Part shown: positions 56,056 through 56,221 of the stretch, piece by piece
Numbering within the stretch: position 1 is the first letter of the stretch
How the letters are laid out: each line of letters starts with the position of its first letter
Assembly: GCA_964387145.1 (NCBI GenBank)
Contig: CAYLVM010000005.1
Span: forward strand, 1 to 56,221
Direction of reading: 5' to 3'
From: an uncultured Acidimicrobiaceae bacterium
Lineage (GTDB): Bacteria; Actinomycetota; Acidimicrobiia; Spongiisociales; UBA5794
Length of the DNA: 56,221 nt
The notes under the pieces: model-generated
Databases searched by the model: none
Seen by the model: only the letters and a program-made list of their open reading frames with translations
Told to the model about the DNA's origin: nothing
Translations under genes and position numbers: made by a program

Positions 56056-56061
56056 TACCAT
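56056..56061 (+). promoter_or_regulatory. Extended -10 element of the tRNA operon
   Basis: TGG-TACCAT, 9 nt upstream of tRNA-Gly. Confidence 0.55.
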
Positions 56062-56070
56062 CCAGTGCAC

Positions 56071-56143
56071 GCGGACGTAGCTCAGCTGGTAGAGCGCAAC
56101 CTTGCCAAGGTTGAGGTCGCCGGTTCGAACCCGGTCGTCCGCT
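56071..56143 (+). tRNA. tRNA-Gly(GCC)
   Basis: Acceptor stem GCGGACG/CGTCCGC, D-arm AGCTCAGCTGGTAGAGC, anticodon loop CTTGCCAA, T-arm GGTTCGAACCC. CCA is not fully encoded (CCG). Confidence 0.97.
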
Positions 56144-56151
56144 CCGATGAG

Positions 56152-56170
56152 GGCGGTCCGTGCGACCGCC
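56152..56170 (+). other. Inter-tRNA spacer hairpin
   Basis: GGCGGTC-cgtgc-GACCGCC, extendable with ATGA/TCAT. Confidence 0.5.
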
Positions 56171-56179
56171 TTTCATTAT

Positions 56180-56221
56180 GGCGACGTGGCCGAGTGGCTA
56201 GGCAAGGGTCTGCAAAACCCT
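56180..56221 (+). tRNA. tRNA-Cys(GCA), truncated by the window end
   Basis: GGCGACGTGGCCGAGTGGCTAGGC, then anticodon arm AGGGT-CTGCAAA-ACCCT. Confidence 0.9.

Noticed and set aside
56071-56221. tRNA cluster as the attachment site of a prophage or island
   Set aside because: No integrase or duplicated tRNA 3' end is seen in the window. Sequence beyond 56221 cannot be assessed.

Overview
A 56 kb, GC-rich actinobacterial window, probably from Acidimicrobiia. This is inferred from the actinobacterial gene order plus RNase Y, CGAAC-N4-GTTCG LexA boxes and many apparently leaderless genes. A conserved housekeeping backbone runs through it: M16 peptidase-dapB-ybbN-dapA-rnj-ftsK ... rimO-cinA-thpR ... 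recA-rny-miaB-miaA-dapF-lexA-lysM-nrdR-dut-tRNA Gly/Cys. Accessory blocks interrupt or precede it: (1) a CobS/CobT-like AAA+/vWA pair with non-canonical Walker motifs; (2) an orphan histidine kinase plus a Thr-rich surface protein; (3) a minimal Rnf-like module (Cys-free RnfA-like protein, RnfC, RnfD, Tat-exported ApbE; no RnfB/G/E here), bracketed by a decayed 74-bp copy of the downstream peptidase gene; (4) an RpiR-linked operon of a KamA-like radical SAM aminomutase, a PcaIJ-type CoA-transferase and a beta-transaminase-like enzyme, a candidate undescribed amino-acid catabolic route; (5) an oleA-oleBC-oleD cluster; (6) a ~1390 aa PPDK-like dikinase lacking the PEP-binding barrel, coupled to a divergent GAPDH. 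No CRISPR array, integrase or transposase was seen. Family assignments rest on motif recognition and remembered consensus sequences; no database search was run. Many start codons were moved from the ORF track using RBS, -10 or overlap evidence.
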